This document shows, piece after piece, positions 13,231 through 25,038 of a stretch of DNA of 64,000 nt. Origin of the DNA: Chiloscyllium plagiosum (taxonomy: Eukaryota); the NCBI RefSeq assembly GCF_004010195.1, contig NC_057758.1, positions 1,984,029 through 2,048,028 on the forward strand. The letters are read 5' to 3'. A model generated the notes under the pieces. The model worked only from the letters and a program-made list of their open reading frames with translations. It was not told the origin of the DNA and made no database searches. Position numbers and translations under genes: made by a program. Positions within the stretch are counted from its first letter, which is position 1. Each line of letters starts with the position of its first letter.

Positions 13231-14717
13231 AGAACATAACACATTACAGCGCTGTACAAGCCCTTCGGTTCTTGATGTTCTGCCGACCTGTGGAACCAAT
13301 CTGAAGTCCATCCATTCTCCACTATTTCATTTTCATCCACGTGTTTCTCCAATGGCTATTTAAATGCCCTTAACGTTGGCGAGCCTACGACTGTTGCAGG
13401 CTGGGCATTCAAAATATTATTACGTTCTGAATACCTTCAACATCTGTCCTATATCTATCACTCCTCAGTTTAAAGTTATATTCCCTCGTGCGAGTCATCA
13501 CTATCCGAGGCAAAAAAAGACTCTCAGTTTTCACCGTCTAACCCTCTGATTATCTTATATGTCTCAACAAACTCACCTCCCAAATTCTTATTTCTAATGA
13601 AAACAGCCTCAGGTCCCTCAATCTTTTCTTATAAGCCCTTTTCTCCATACCAGGTAATATCCTACAAAATCTCTTCTGAACCCTTTCCAAAGCTCCCACA
13701 TCCTTCCTATAATGCAGTGACCGGAACTGTACGCAATACTCCAAGTACAGCCGCACTAGTGCTTTTTCTTTGTAGCTGCAACATAACCTAATGGTCTGAA
13801 ACTCACTTCCTCTACCCATAAAAGCTAGCATACCGTATGCCTTCTTAACATTCCGATCAACCAGGGTGACAACTTTCAGGGACTATGTACTTGGACACCA
13901 AGATCTCTCTGTTCATTTACATTACCAAGAACCTTACCATTAGCCCAGTACTCTTTATTCTTGTTGCTCCTTCCAAAGTGAATCATCACAGACATTACCG
14001 CATTAAACTCCATTTGCCACATCTCAGCCTGCCTCTGCAGCTGGTCTATGTCGCTCTATATCTTGCAATATCCTTCGGGACTATGCTGAACTCCACCGAT
14101 CTTAGTGTCCTACTCAAATTTACTCACCTATTACTTCTAGGGACTCATCCAGTCATTTGACAAACAGCAGTGTCCCGAAAGCAGATCCTTGCAGTACACG
14201 ACTAGGAACTAAACTCCATTATGAACCTTTCCCATAAACAAGCACCCTCTGTCTTCTTTCAGCTAGCCAATTTTTGATCCACTCTATCAACCTGAATCCC
14301 ATGCCTTGGTGCTTTGTGCAATTGTCTACCGTGGGTAACATTATTAAACGCCTTGCTGAAATCCATATACACTACGTCAAACGCTTTTCACTCATCCATC
14401 TGTTCGTCACCTTGTCAAAGAACCCAATACGGATTGTGAGGCACAGTCTATCATTCCAAACACCATCTTGACCAATGCAAATCAGCTTTTTCCTTGATAT
14501 ATGATTATAAATCCTTTATCTTATAACGTTTTCCAACACTTTACCCACAAAATAAGTAAGACTCACTGTCTATAATTTTCAGGGGTGTCTCTACTCCACT
14601 TCTTGAACAAGAGGATAACACTTGCTATCATCCAGTCTTCTTGCCCTATTCCTGGGCATACTGATGCTAGTAACATGAAAGCCAAAGCCTCTGCAAACTC
14701 CTCCTTAGACTCCCAGA
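13231..14717 (-). mobile_element. CR1 LINE, RT to 3' tail
   Basis: Minus ORF 13550-13831 LVRLYLEYCVQFRSLHYRKDVGALERVQKRF. Reverse-complement VYMDFSKAF at ~14345. Tail at 13231. Confidence 0.9.
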
Positions 14718-15796
14718 AGTGATGCATCTGACCAACCACTTAGGTTTAAACAAAACAGAATTTACTTGTAAGGTTACCGAATTAAACACAAACAAATCAT
14801 GGCAGAATACCGAATAACTTAATCTTTATGAAAGCATAACAGATGGTCCCAGTTAATGATACTGATATAAGTACTTGTAACAATCCCCATTAGCAACCTT
14901 TGGCCCAAAATATAAAATCAATAACAGGTATCTGAGAGGAGATAGAGAGATGACAGTATAGAAACATCCTTTTCCACGTAAATGTTTCTTGGAACAACAT
15001 TCTTACAACTGACTGACTGCTTTCAGCGAGCACTCAGACTGCGAAAGAAAATCAAACCCAATCAATGAAGTGCCGTGCTGGAAAAACTGGCCGCTCCCAT
15101 TTCATTGTTCATGTGTTGTTTTGAAAAAAAAAATGCTTAAGTTGTTTGCCTGAGTCAGTATCTGTTAGTTACAATCAAAGTGGCCTAAAACCCATACAAG
15201 TCAGACTTCTTGGAATCGCTGCTGCTACCATCTGTCTGAAAAAAAAGGACAACATAACCTTGTTAAAGTAGCAACATCGTCCCACCCCGCCAGTTGAGAA
15301 AAAGGGATACATCAATATCAAAACATGGCTTCAATTTCAAGCCCCTTAATCGTAATTGTTAGTAAATGACACCATGCATGTACATTACTTTGACTGCAAG
15401 CATGCAAACATGCACTGCTACGTTATGTGAAGTTCGCCTCATTACTGCAATGGAATGCCACAGTTTCTCACTCAAGTCTCGATCGTGCTTCAACAAACAT
15501 GTTTCCACGTCGTTCCACATGCAATTTTCAATCGAATGGCTGCAACAAAAAAAAACATCTAAACAGTCGAGCATTTTCTCTTTAATATTCTCTGCAAAGG
15601 TCAACTGTTTATGATCAATATTTCTGAGTGTCTCGCGTAGAACATAACATTTTACAGCGACGTACAGGCCCCTCGGCCCTCGATGTTCCGTCGACCTGTG
15701 AAATTAATCTGATGCCTACCTAACCTGCACCATTCCATTATTATACATACTTATGGCAAATGCCCATTTAAATAGCGTTAAAGTCTACTACTGTGG

Positions 15797-16235
15797 AGGA
15801 GGTGAGTACTGCAGATACTGGAGATTAGAGTCAAGATTAGAGTGGTGCTGGCAAAACGCAACAGATCAGGCAGCATTCGTCCCGGGACCCTCCAAGCCCC
15901 TGTCATCAATGTGGTCTTCACCGATTTCCTCATTTCCCCTCCCTCGACCTTATGCCAGTTCCAAATGTCTAGCTCAACACCGTCCTCATGACCTGTCACA
16001 ATTGTAAATCGTCCTTCACATGTATCTGCTCCATCCTCCTCTCCGACCTATCACCTTTACTCCCACCTCCATTCAAGTATTGCACTCTCAGCTACCTCCT
16101 CACCAGCCCCTCCCATTCATCTCTCAACCCCCGAGGCTCCCAGCCTCATTCTGAATGAAGGGCTTTTGCCTGAAACGTCGATTTGCCTGCTCCTCAGATT
16201 CTGCCTGGCCTGCTGTGCTTTGACTCTTCTCTTGA
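15797..16235 (+). mobile_element. Penelope-type terminal-repeat element with inverted 5' segment
   Basis: 15797-15878 is an inverted copy of the tail end. The + tail carries a degenerate core ctgaatgaagggcttttgcctgaaacgtc at 16151-16179. Same family as 63000-63320. Confidence 0.75.
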
Positions 16236-16726
16236 TTCTAGTATTGTTGCAGGCATGGCCTTCCACGTCCCGAACACTGTCTCAGTAAAATAAACCACAC
16301 CGCTATCTGTCCTAAATCCACCACTACTCAATTTAATGTTGTGTCTCCTTGTGTTAGTCTTCAGCATCCGAGGGAAAAGGCTCTCACTGTACAGCCTATC
16401 GAACAGTGTCACTATCTTGTACGTCTCGATTAAGTCACCTCTCAACGAAAACAGCATCAGTTTCCTCAGCATTTACTCGTAAACCTTCCATCCATACTAG
16501 TAACATCCTGGTCAATCTCCTCTGAACCCTTTCCGAAGCTTCCACATCCTTTCCATAATGCGGTTACTAGAACTGTTTGCAATACTCCACGTCGTTGGTC
16601 CGACACTCTAACAAACGCCAACACACCATATGCATTCTTAACTGCCCTATTAACCTTGGTGTGAACTTCCAGGGATTTATGCACCTGCGCACCGAGATTT
16701 CTCTATTCACCTACACTGCCAAAATC

Positions 16727-17008
16727 TGGATGTAGGTTTGGTCTCTGAGCTGCAAGGTTCATTTTCAGACGTTTCGTCACCACCCTTGCTAACATTTTCA
16801 TTGAGCCACCGAATGAAACACCTGTCGGGCAGTCCACTTTCTATGTATGCTTGAGTTTCCTTGGGTCTGCACCACCAGTGCTTCATTCGGAGGCTCACTG
16901 AAGATGTCACCTAGTATGGTGATGAAACGTCTGAAAATAAACCTTCAGCTTAGCCAGCAAACCTACAACCAGAACCTCAACATGAGCTACAAATCTTCTC
17001 AGAACTCT
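16727..17008. mobile_element. Short inverted-repeat Penelope derivative (family of 63560-64000)
   Basis: 16727-16821 is an inverted copy of ~16877-16972. Possible degenerate TSD actgccaaaa (16715) / acttccaaga (17012). Confidence 0.8.
16895..16934 (+). ncRNA. Minimal type I hammerhead ribozyme-like motif, core intact
   Basis: tca-CTGAAGA-T-GTCACC-tagtat-GGTGAT-GAAAC-GTC-tga: helix I tca/tga, 6-bp helix II, GUC cleavage triplet. Confidence 0.65.
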
Positions 17009-18434
17009 ATAACTTCCAAGAGTTTTACCATTAGCCTAGTACTCTGTATCCTTGTTATTTCTTCTGAAGTCAACTACCGCACACTTTTCTGCATTAAACT
17101 CCATTTTCCATTTCTCCAGCATGTTATCTATGTCCGTCTGCAACCCAGAACATGCTTTGGCACTATCTGCAACTCTGCCTACCTGAGTGACATTCCAAGT
17201 TTACTAACCCATTTTGTACACCTACATCGAGATAATTTATAAATATGACAAACAGCAGTGGTCCAAAACAGATCCTTGCGTCAGACCATTGGTAACTGAA
17301 CTCCACGATGAACATTTCCCATCAACCACTACGTTCTATCTTCTTTCAGCGAGCCAAATTCTGATCCAATTCGGTAAATCACCTTCACACCCGAAAATCT
17401 GTATTTTGTGTAATAATGTGTATACATGACTGGTAACATAAACATTGAAATGTTACAACACCAGTACCAAGTTCATTGCCTCATTCTCAGCTACCGAACA
17501 TTTCGAAGATGAATATTCAATTACCAAGAGAAATAGATATTGGGTCTCTGTCTTCTTGTCTTTTTCTTGCAAGAGCACAGCAGAAACACTTGCATCGATA
17601 GACACTTTGGTTGATTTTGCAAAATCAGTTGTGGCTAATACTGGAGCAGTGGGTAACACAGCTTTCAGGTTATTAAATGCCTACTGACAGTCCGCTGTCC
17701 ACTGGAACCTCTTGCCTTTCTTCAGCAGGTCAGTGAGTGGAGCAACCACACTGCTAACATTTTCACCGTGATCTACCTTTCCCTTTCCACGTGAGGATTT
17801 CCTTTTGTCCCCAATCTCTGTCCCTTATGGATTGAAATTGATTTTGGAAGCCACAGTGTGCTTGCTTCCTAGACCAACTCATAATCGTCAGCCAATACAG
17901 CTGCTAATCCTGCCGTTTTAAATCTTTATTCTTCCACATGATTGGTCATAACTTTAGAAAGTACATTTTCGCACTGCTGTCTCAGTGCTAATTTGGGACA
18001 TTCAAATTCCCTCTCTTTCTTCCTTCCCCCTCTCTTTTCCTTTTTCTTGTATCTCTCTCTTTCCCTTTCTTCTCTCTCCCTCCTCTTTTTCTTTTAATTC
18101 TGCTAAAGCGATTCATTCTTTTTCTTTTTGTCTCAATAAAATGATTCTTTCATTTGCGCTTTCCTCTGCTTTTAATCGTAATTCAAACTGTTTTATTTCT
18201 TTTGCCTTTTAGTTGTGTTTTCCCTTTACCTCAAGCTGCTTCATTGTTCGATTGAAGTTTGCACGTCTCCAAAAACTTAAATGCTGAGTTACTACGACAA
18301 TTATGTTTCCTTTCCTCACTAAAGGAGGCAGCTCCAACAACAGATTGTCAGCTAATTTTAACATCTTGTCCTTAATCACCTCTTGGAAAGCATGGAAGGT
18401 CACTTTCTCCACACCTAGATAACTAATTCTCATA

Positions 18435-19545
18435 AGGCCTTTGATATTCGTTCAGCAAGGTGGGATGTATGGGATACAGGGAGATTTGGCTGTCCGGATA
18501 CAAAATTGGCTAGCTTAAAGAAGACAGCGAATGATAGTGGATGTAAAGTATTCTGTCTGGAGGTCGGTAACCAGTGTTGTCCCGCAGGGGTCCTCTGCTG
18601 TTTGTAGTTTCTACAAATGACTTGGATGAAGTTGTGGAGCGGCGATTGAGTAATATTGCTGATGACACAAATGTCGGTGGTGTTACAGATAGTGTCGAGG
18701 GCTGCTGCAGGCTACACGACATTGACAGAATGTAGAGCTGGGCTGAGAATTAGCAGAAGGAGTTCAATCTGCAGAAATCCGAAGTCAGTCATTTTGGAAG
18801 CTCGAAATTGAACGCTGAATACACGATTAAAGACAGGATTATTAGCCGTATGGAGGAAGAGCGAGATCTTGGGGTACATGTGCAAAGATCACTTAAAGAT
18901 CACCAATATGTTGATAGCATTGTTAAGAAGGCATATGCTGTCTTGTCTTTCACTAACAGGGGGATTTACTTTAAAGCCACGAGGTTTTTCTGCAGCTCTA
19001 TAAAACACTGGTTAGATAAAATTCGGAATGTTGCGTTCAGTCATTTTTGCCTTATTATCGAAAGGATGTAGACGCTTTAGAAAGGATGCAGATGAGATTC
19101 AGGAGGATGCTGCCTGGATAAGAGAGCATAGCTTATGAAGAGTGGTTAAGTGAGCTGTGGCTTTTCAAACAAGAGGGAAGAAGGAAGAGAGGTGACGTTT
19201 TAGAGGTGTGCTCAGTAATGAGATTATAGACAGAGTAGATCGCCAGAGACTTTTTCAGAGGGCAGAAAAGGTTGTCATGAGGATTCTTAATTTTTAAGGT
19301 GATTGGAGGAACGTATAGGGGATAGGTCCGAGTTTGGTTCTTTGTGCAGTCAGTGATGGGTCCGTAGAATACGCTGTTGTCGAACTAGAAACAGTAGGGA
19401 CATTCAAGCTTTGGCTGGACAAACAAATGGTCGGCAGTAAATTAAGTGTTCTGTCGGTTAGGTTAATGTGAGATTAAGATAAATGCTCGATACAACATCG
19501 TGGGCTGAAGGGGCTGTTACTGTGCTGTACTGTTCTATGTTCTAT
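18435..19545 (+). mobile_element. CR1 LINE 3' half inserted in the Gypsy leader/gag region
   Basis: SVVPQG, ADDT and ERDLGVHVQRSLK motifs. Tail gggctgaagggg...ctgtactgttctatgttctat. Confidence 0.9.
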
Positions 19546-19684
19546 ATACTATGAAAGACCTATTGTTATCACAAGGACTATTTAAAGTAACCGATTTCAA
19601 AACCCGGAACAAAAGATACTGTCATCGCCTAATCGCTTCCTTCCAGTCCAACAACTCTAAACCCAATTGGCATCGAAAGAACAA

Positions 19685-19703
19685 GTCCCTGACAAGACCC
19701 CAA
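19685..19703 (-). promoter_or_regulatory. Putative primer-binding site (tRNA-Pro-like) of the Gypsy element
   Basis: The minus strand reads TTGGGGTCTTGTCAGGGAC, versus the canonical tRNA-Pro PBS TGGGGGCTCGTCCGGGAT. It lies 5 bp inside the LTR edge at 19709. Confidence 0.6.
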
Positions 19704-20346
19704 TCAGTTGTGGACAGGCCAGATAATCTCCAAACATTTCAAGAATGTAGCACAGAGCTAAAATGCTAGGTGTTTTCAGCAGATGTAACGCTGCTATTCC
19801 AGGACTGATGTAGTTGTTCAAACCACTTAGCTTTAAACAAACAAGAATTAATTTAAACGGCTACAAAATGAAACACATACAAAAGAGAACAGAATGTCGA
19901 ATAACTTAATCTATCTGAAAACCCAACAGAATATCAACTTAATGATGCTGTTCCTAGTACTTGCACCAATTCCTAGAACACCGTTTGTCACTAAAGGTAA
20001 AATCAAACACAAGGTCTTACAGGAGTGAACTCAGAGAGAGTTTCAGCATTGACCTTCTTATTTAGGTACAGCAGCTTCTCAACTGCCTGAACGTTTTCCG
20101 TAAATAACCAAACCAAACCAAATACCAGAAAAGCTGATCTTAGAGAACTGGCTACCGCCGTTTCATTCTCCAAGTGTTTTTATTTTTTAACTCGAAAGCC
20201 TTTGGCCTGAGACATTCTGTTTCAATCAATTAGAATCAAATTTGACCTAAAACCCATCGAAGCACATACATTTCAGATCCTGCGTTTTTACTATCACCTA
20301 AAAACCCCCACCAATGACAGCTTAGTTAAAGGAGATGCATCATCAA

Positions 20347-21100
20347 AGAGGGGAAGAGAGATAAAGGTTGAAAAAGAGAAGGAGTTTAAGAGGAGCAGAA
20401 AAAGGGTTGGAGAAACGGAGTGAGAAATGCGGGTGATAAAATGGGATGTGGTCAAGAAAGACAGAGAGAAGTAGGGAAATAGCAGCTGGGGGTAAAAAGG
20501 GAGTTAGAAACAAATGGTGAGAAACACAAGGAGGGAAAAAGAGGCCGAGAAACAGAGGATAAATCAAATGTGTCATATAGAGATAAATTAGATAAAAAGT
20601 GGACAAATAGAGAGGGCTGACAGTAGAAAAGAAACAGGGAGTGAGGAGAAGAAAGAGAAACCAAAATTGTGATTGGAGCAAAAAACTATTATTGGGAAAC
20701 GGAGAGACACACAGTGGGGAAACGAAGATAGAAAATCAGTGACACAGATTGTGAGGAGGAGGAGCAGAGCACGATTAGTAGCTAAGAATGAATGAGCAGA
20801 AAACAGAAAGTGAGAAAATAATCAGGTTAAACAAACAGTGAGAAGCAAGAAAAGGTAAGCATGTGGGGATTCTCACAGTGAAAAATAGACCTGGCAAAGA
20901 GAGATAGAAGGACGGACAGAAGTGGAAAGTAAGGGAAGGAGAAGCAGCAAAGCAAAGATAGAGATGGAGGCAAAGCAATGATAATATGCGGCAGAAATAG
21001 AGAGGCAGGAACTGAGATGAGGAAAATAACTGGGAAAAACAAAAGTGGAGATAAAGAGGGGAGATGAAGAGATGGATTGAAAAGACATGGGAAACAGATG
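20347..21100. repeat. Purine (GA)-rich low-complexity tract
   Basis: About 750 bp of strong A/G strand bias with no fixed period. Confidence 0.85.
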
Positions 21101-21305
21101 CATATCCTCAGGGTGAGTAACGGTGGAACCCGGGACATTGTCATTGTGGTTCCAGTTCTATGATGATTACAGCCTTGTCGCTATGAGATGGCAATGCTCC
21201 TCCCATTCACCGACTTCCCCTTCCTCCCTGTTACTGTGAGGTACACTCTTATCTCAGTGACAAACGGGAGATGGATAAGAGGGAAGGTTCAATTGTGTGA
21301 GTTTC

Positions 21306-21606
21306 AGATTAGACTGGAATAGATTCCCTACAGTGTGGAAACAGGCCCTTTGGCCCAAACAGTCCACACCGACCCTCCAAAGAGTAACCAACCCAGACCC
21401 ATTTCCCTCTGACTAATACACGTAACACTATGGGCAATTTAGTATCGCCAATTCACCTGACCGCACATCTTTGGATTGTGGGAAGAAGCCATAGTACCCG
21501 GAGGAAACTCACGCAGACACAGGAAGAATGTGCACACAGAGAATCGCCCGAGGCTGGAATCGAACCTGGGACCCTGGTGCTAACCACTGAGCCACTGTGC
21601 CGCCCC
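21306..21606 (-). mobile_element. HE1-type tRNA-derived SINE
   Basis: Matches 28798-29109. Box B (reverse complement of ggaatcgaacc) and LINE-derived tail acagtgtggaaacaggccc. Confidence 0.9.
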
Positions 21607-22599
21607 ATCCTTTTGAAAGAACTGCAGCAGAGGGAGATGGTATCATAATGAAGAAAAACTGAATTATAGATACAAAGTTAGCATTAGTCAGAACACCAAT
21701 GAGTCTCGCAAGTGGAAACATTCGCTTTTTTCGTAGCATACAACAGCGTAGTTGATGACACCATAGGAAGGAAACGCATTGCAGGCAATCACGTTTTCAT
21801 GACAATCTTCGTCTCTGCAGGTCACCCCATCACGGTCACATCACAACAATTTAACAGGCCAAAGGAAAGGAAGTCTCAATTAATACAACAGTTCTCCCAA
21901 GACAGCATAATCCAAGATGACCCCCAGCACTTTGCTGGCCAGAACTGTGCACAGTGCTATAAGCGTGCTCTCACTGTGGGACATAGAGACCAGAACTGTT
22001 CACAGTGTTCCAAGAGTGATCCAGCGGAGATTCAATTGGAAAACGGAACAGATTCACAGAAAACCCGCTGCGATCTCACCTTTTGACAGAATCTAGCTTT
22101 ATAAGAAGCTTCACGGGAGCTGACTGTATCACTGCTAGACTTTGGGTCCAATGAACAGCTCACAAGTCACAAGACTACCTACTTCAGTCAAAGTGATTTT
22201 TTGGAAGGAGAAATTTTAATTACTGGAAATTAGTAAATGCTCGCAGACATGAAGGGACAGCCACCAAGGACAATCAGGGACTGTCCTGGAAGAGAGAGTT
22301 AGAGCGATGCAGATATCTTGCAGGGTGGAGTGTCTGAGGGTGATTGCCGAAGATGGGTAAGGTTAGATCAATGGGCAGGTGTTCCAACCAAAATATAGAT
22401 TTAATAGAATGCATGCGCCAAGACTAGCATGTGAAAGGGAAATTCAACGTGTGGGGGTGGGGGAGGGGGCGCAAGGGGGGCGGGGGGGCGGGTGGTGGCC
22501 TAAGGTTAGAGGACAGTCTACTCCATTGCAACTTATTATATCATTTATTTTATTGAAATGACCAATGGTCAGATTGAAAGCATTTGATTTGCAAATGGT

Positions 22600-23310
22600 T
22601 TTTCAAACAGAATCATGTGTCAAGGTTTGTTGATGGTACGAAGAGGCAGACATATATTATCCCCTTTAATGTCAGGAAACTTTCGACAGGCTAAATGGAC
22701 ACCCTCTGGTCCAATCAATATGTTAGTAGGTTGAGCACTCAACGAAAAAGTGCCATAGTTTGTAGACAACGAGAGATTCCACGAACTCCATGATTGCAGT
22801 GCACAAGAGTTTTGATTTCCCCATGTACCACTGACTTCCCTGATGGTGCAAGGAGATGACCAGAGCATGGACGCTGTTTACTTCAGGTGGTTAACTACTG
22901 AATAATCACACGGGCACTGTGCAGATTGGGCTCCACCTACGGTTATGTGATGGAACATTTCACTAACTGAGAAAAACGGCAACTGGCCACAAAGAATGAA
23001 TACAATTGCCTATCATTGTGGTTTGTGAATTAAAAAGAAATATCAGGAATCTGATCTCTGAAATAACTGGAGCAGTGAATTCAAATTCCATTTTACTGTT
23101 CGAAATAGGAGTCATTCTGCATTGATGCGACTTTTCCCAAAATAAGTCACAGACATGCGCACAATCTCTTCTCTTTTTCCCATGGTCCCTCGCTGGAGTC
23201 ACAGCGTTGGCCCTGCTGCTCAACGACGATAGTTGTAAGTGACCATAAATTGAGCACAGTGTTTCCACTCATTTTAATTCTGATATTTGTGGGAGCTCGC
23301 TGCACAAATC
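22600..23310 (+). pseudogene. Possible heavily decayed ENDOD1-like (DNA/RNA non-specific endonuclease) pseudogene
   Basis: Colinear peptide scraps across frameshifts and stops: CQETF..KWTPSG..SIC**, GYVMEHFT, NGNWPQRMNTI..C, EITGAVNSN, SFCID, IFVGARC. Pattern recognition only. Confidence 0.25.
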
Positions 23311-23424
23311 GGTTTGGCATGAGCAGTGACCACACTTTGACATTAATTGTTTCCCTGCAGATGTTCTGGGTTGTGCAATACTGCGTCAAATTTTATATTC
23401 TCGTCTCTACCTTTTCTGAAAGCT

Positions 23425-23459
23425 TGATTTCTTTCTTTCCTTCCATCCTTCCTTCCTTC

Positions 23460-23505
<46 letters not shown>

Positions 23506-23770
23506 CTCTCCCCTCTCTTTCTCTCTCTCTCTCTTACGTACACTCCCACTCAATCTCTCTCGCTGTGCCCCCGTTTCTCTCCCTCTTCATTTTCCTCATT
23601 CTCTCACATTCGATACTGGTTCTTGTCTCTCATCTGAATATTACCTTCCATCCCACTCTGTCTCCATCCCCCTCCCTTTCTCTCATCTTATCCATAATAT
23701 CTCTCTTTCTCTATCCGAAGACCAATACTCCAGGTGTGTGTCGATATTACTCGTTCTCCTTCTTCATCTT
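23425..23770. repeat. (TTCC)n/(TTTC)n/(CT)n microsatellite and CT-rich tract
   Basis: Visible tandem repeats at 23427-23533, followed by pyrimidine-rich sequence. Confidence 0.95.
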
Positions 23771-25038
23771 CCGCTCAATACTCTTGTGTGTAAGTGTATG
23801 TTTGAGTGCACATTACTGTGTGTGGGTGTATGAGCATGCATGTCTGCTTACTCTTCCGAGACCTTAACATAATGTTTCACAATATGTGCCTGATTGAAAC
23901 CATTATATTGGACAACCAATAATTTAAACTCGTACTTTGTGCCTGTAAACAGGAAATGAGCTCTTGGCTCATATTCGTCTGTGACCTTTGGTGAAGTGTG
24001 TAAGACAGGACAGCGACAGACAACAGGACAGTTTTGCTTCAGAGGTCAATATTTAGTAAACTAGCAAAGACTGCACGTGAGAAGCCTGGCCAAAAAGATG
24101 AAGAGGATCTTTTTGCACTGTAAACATTCCAAGTCATGAACATCACAACAAGAAACATCTTATGGACAAGGTTAGATCATTTCAAAATGTGTTAAGAAGG
24201 AAGCCCAGACTCTAACATTTTTTCTTATTTTGATAGCAGATATGAAGTGGCTATTCCAAGAGTCTTGTATCTGGTCAAACCACCCGGCTTTGTGCAGAAC
24301 AGAATTTGTGTTAAGGTCAAAATTGAAAAACAAACAAAGGATAACACAATTAAGAATAATTTAATAATGCGAAAACCCGAACGCCTCGAAAGCGCAACTG
24401 AACGAAGGAGCAGTTCCTATTCCAGTTATATTCCAAAAATAGACCACTTTGCAAAGAGTTATTTGAAACACACGTTCTTACAGGCAGGAGAGATTTCAGA
24501 GACAAACGTCAGTCAAGAATCGTCTGCTGAAGCTTTGAATTTTTCTCTGGACTGCGTCAACTTTCCGCTGCTACAGCTGAATAAAATTCGAAGAAACTTG
24601 AACTCAGACAACTGAAAAAATCCCCTGTCGTTGTTAGAATGGACTTTTCCGCATTTCTGCCTTTATGACACCTCCTTTAAAAAATGAGCATAACAATATT
24701 TTTAAAGTGACAGTATTTTCACAAAGAGCTGTATCTCGATATTCAATTGCGTTATTATCACTGAATTTTCCCACTACCAACATCCTGAAAAATACCGTTG
24801 ACGATAATTTAACTGTCGCTCTTTTGCATTTAATGGAATTACAATCATTGAATTGCCTCGATTTTAACATGTTGGGGATTACCATTTTGAGTGAATCTAA
24901 TGAATTCCTTTGACGTTCAATGGCATCAAATTATTGATTAGCTCAGGATCAACATCCTGGGGATTTCTATTTAAAACGCATTCAATGACATTAGCAGCAT
25001 TCAAGTTTCTCACCTCTTAAAAACATGAGTATTATCTT

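Larger units (their letters stand above)
15639..17428 (-). mobile_element. CR1 LINE inserted into the Gypsy RNase H region (itself carrying two Penelope-type insertions)
   Basis: Reverse-complement tail at 15639. Minus ORFs LRGDLIETYKI and HKSLEV..VNRAVKNAYGVLAF. Confidence 0.85.
14718..20346 (-). mobile_element. Decayed Gypsy (Gmr1-like) LTR retrotransposon, interrupted by nested insertions
   Basis: Two homologous LTRs (~14718-15284 truncated; ~19709-20346). tRNA-Pro-like PBS at 19685-19703. G-rich PPT-like tract just inside the left LTR. gag remnant at 17800-18430. RNase H remnants at 17430-17760 (APLTDLLKK..FQW; APVLAT.DF; IDAS..AVLLQ) and 15470-15638 (DHKQLTF..LLQPF). Confidence 0.8.

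Noticed and set aside
20343..21144. Several minus-strand F/L/S-rich ORFs
   Set aside because: They are artefacts of a purine-rich low-complexity tract.
21680..21840. Cys-rich minus-strand peptide (CDRDGVTCRDEDCHENVIAC...)
   Set aside because: It is short, with no convincing splice context or family match.
23250..23867. 205-aa hydrophobic ORF
   Set aside because: It is open only because it crosses (TTTC)n/(CT)n repeats, and its low-complexity F/S/L content has no domain.
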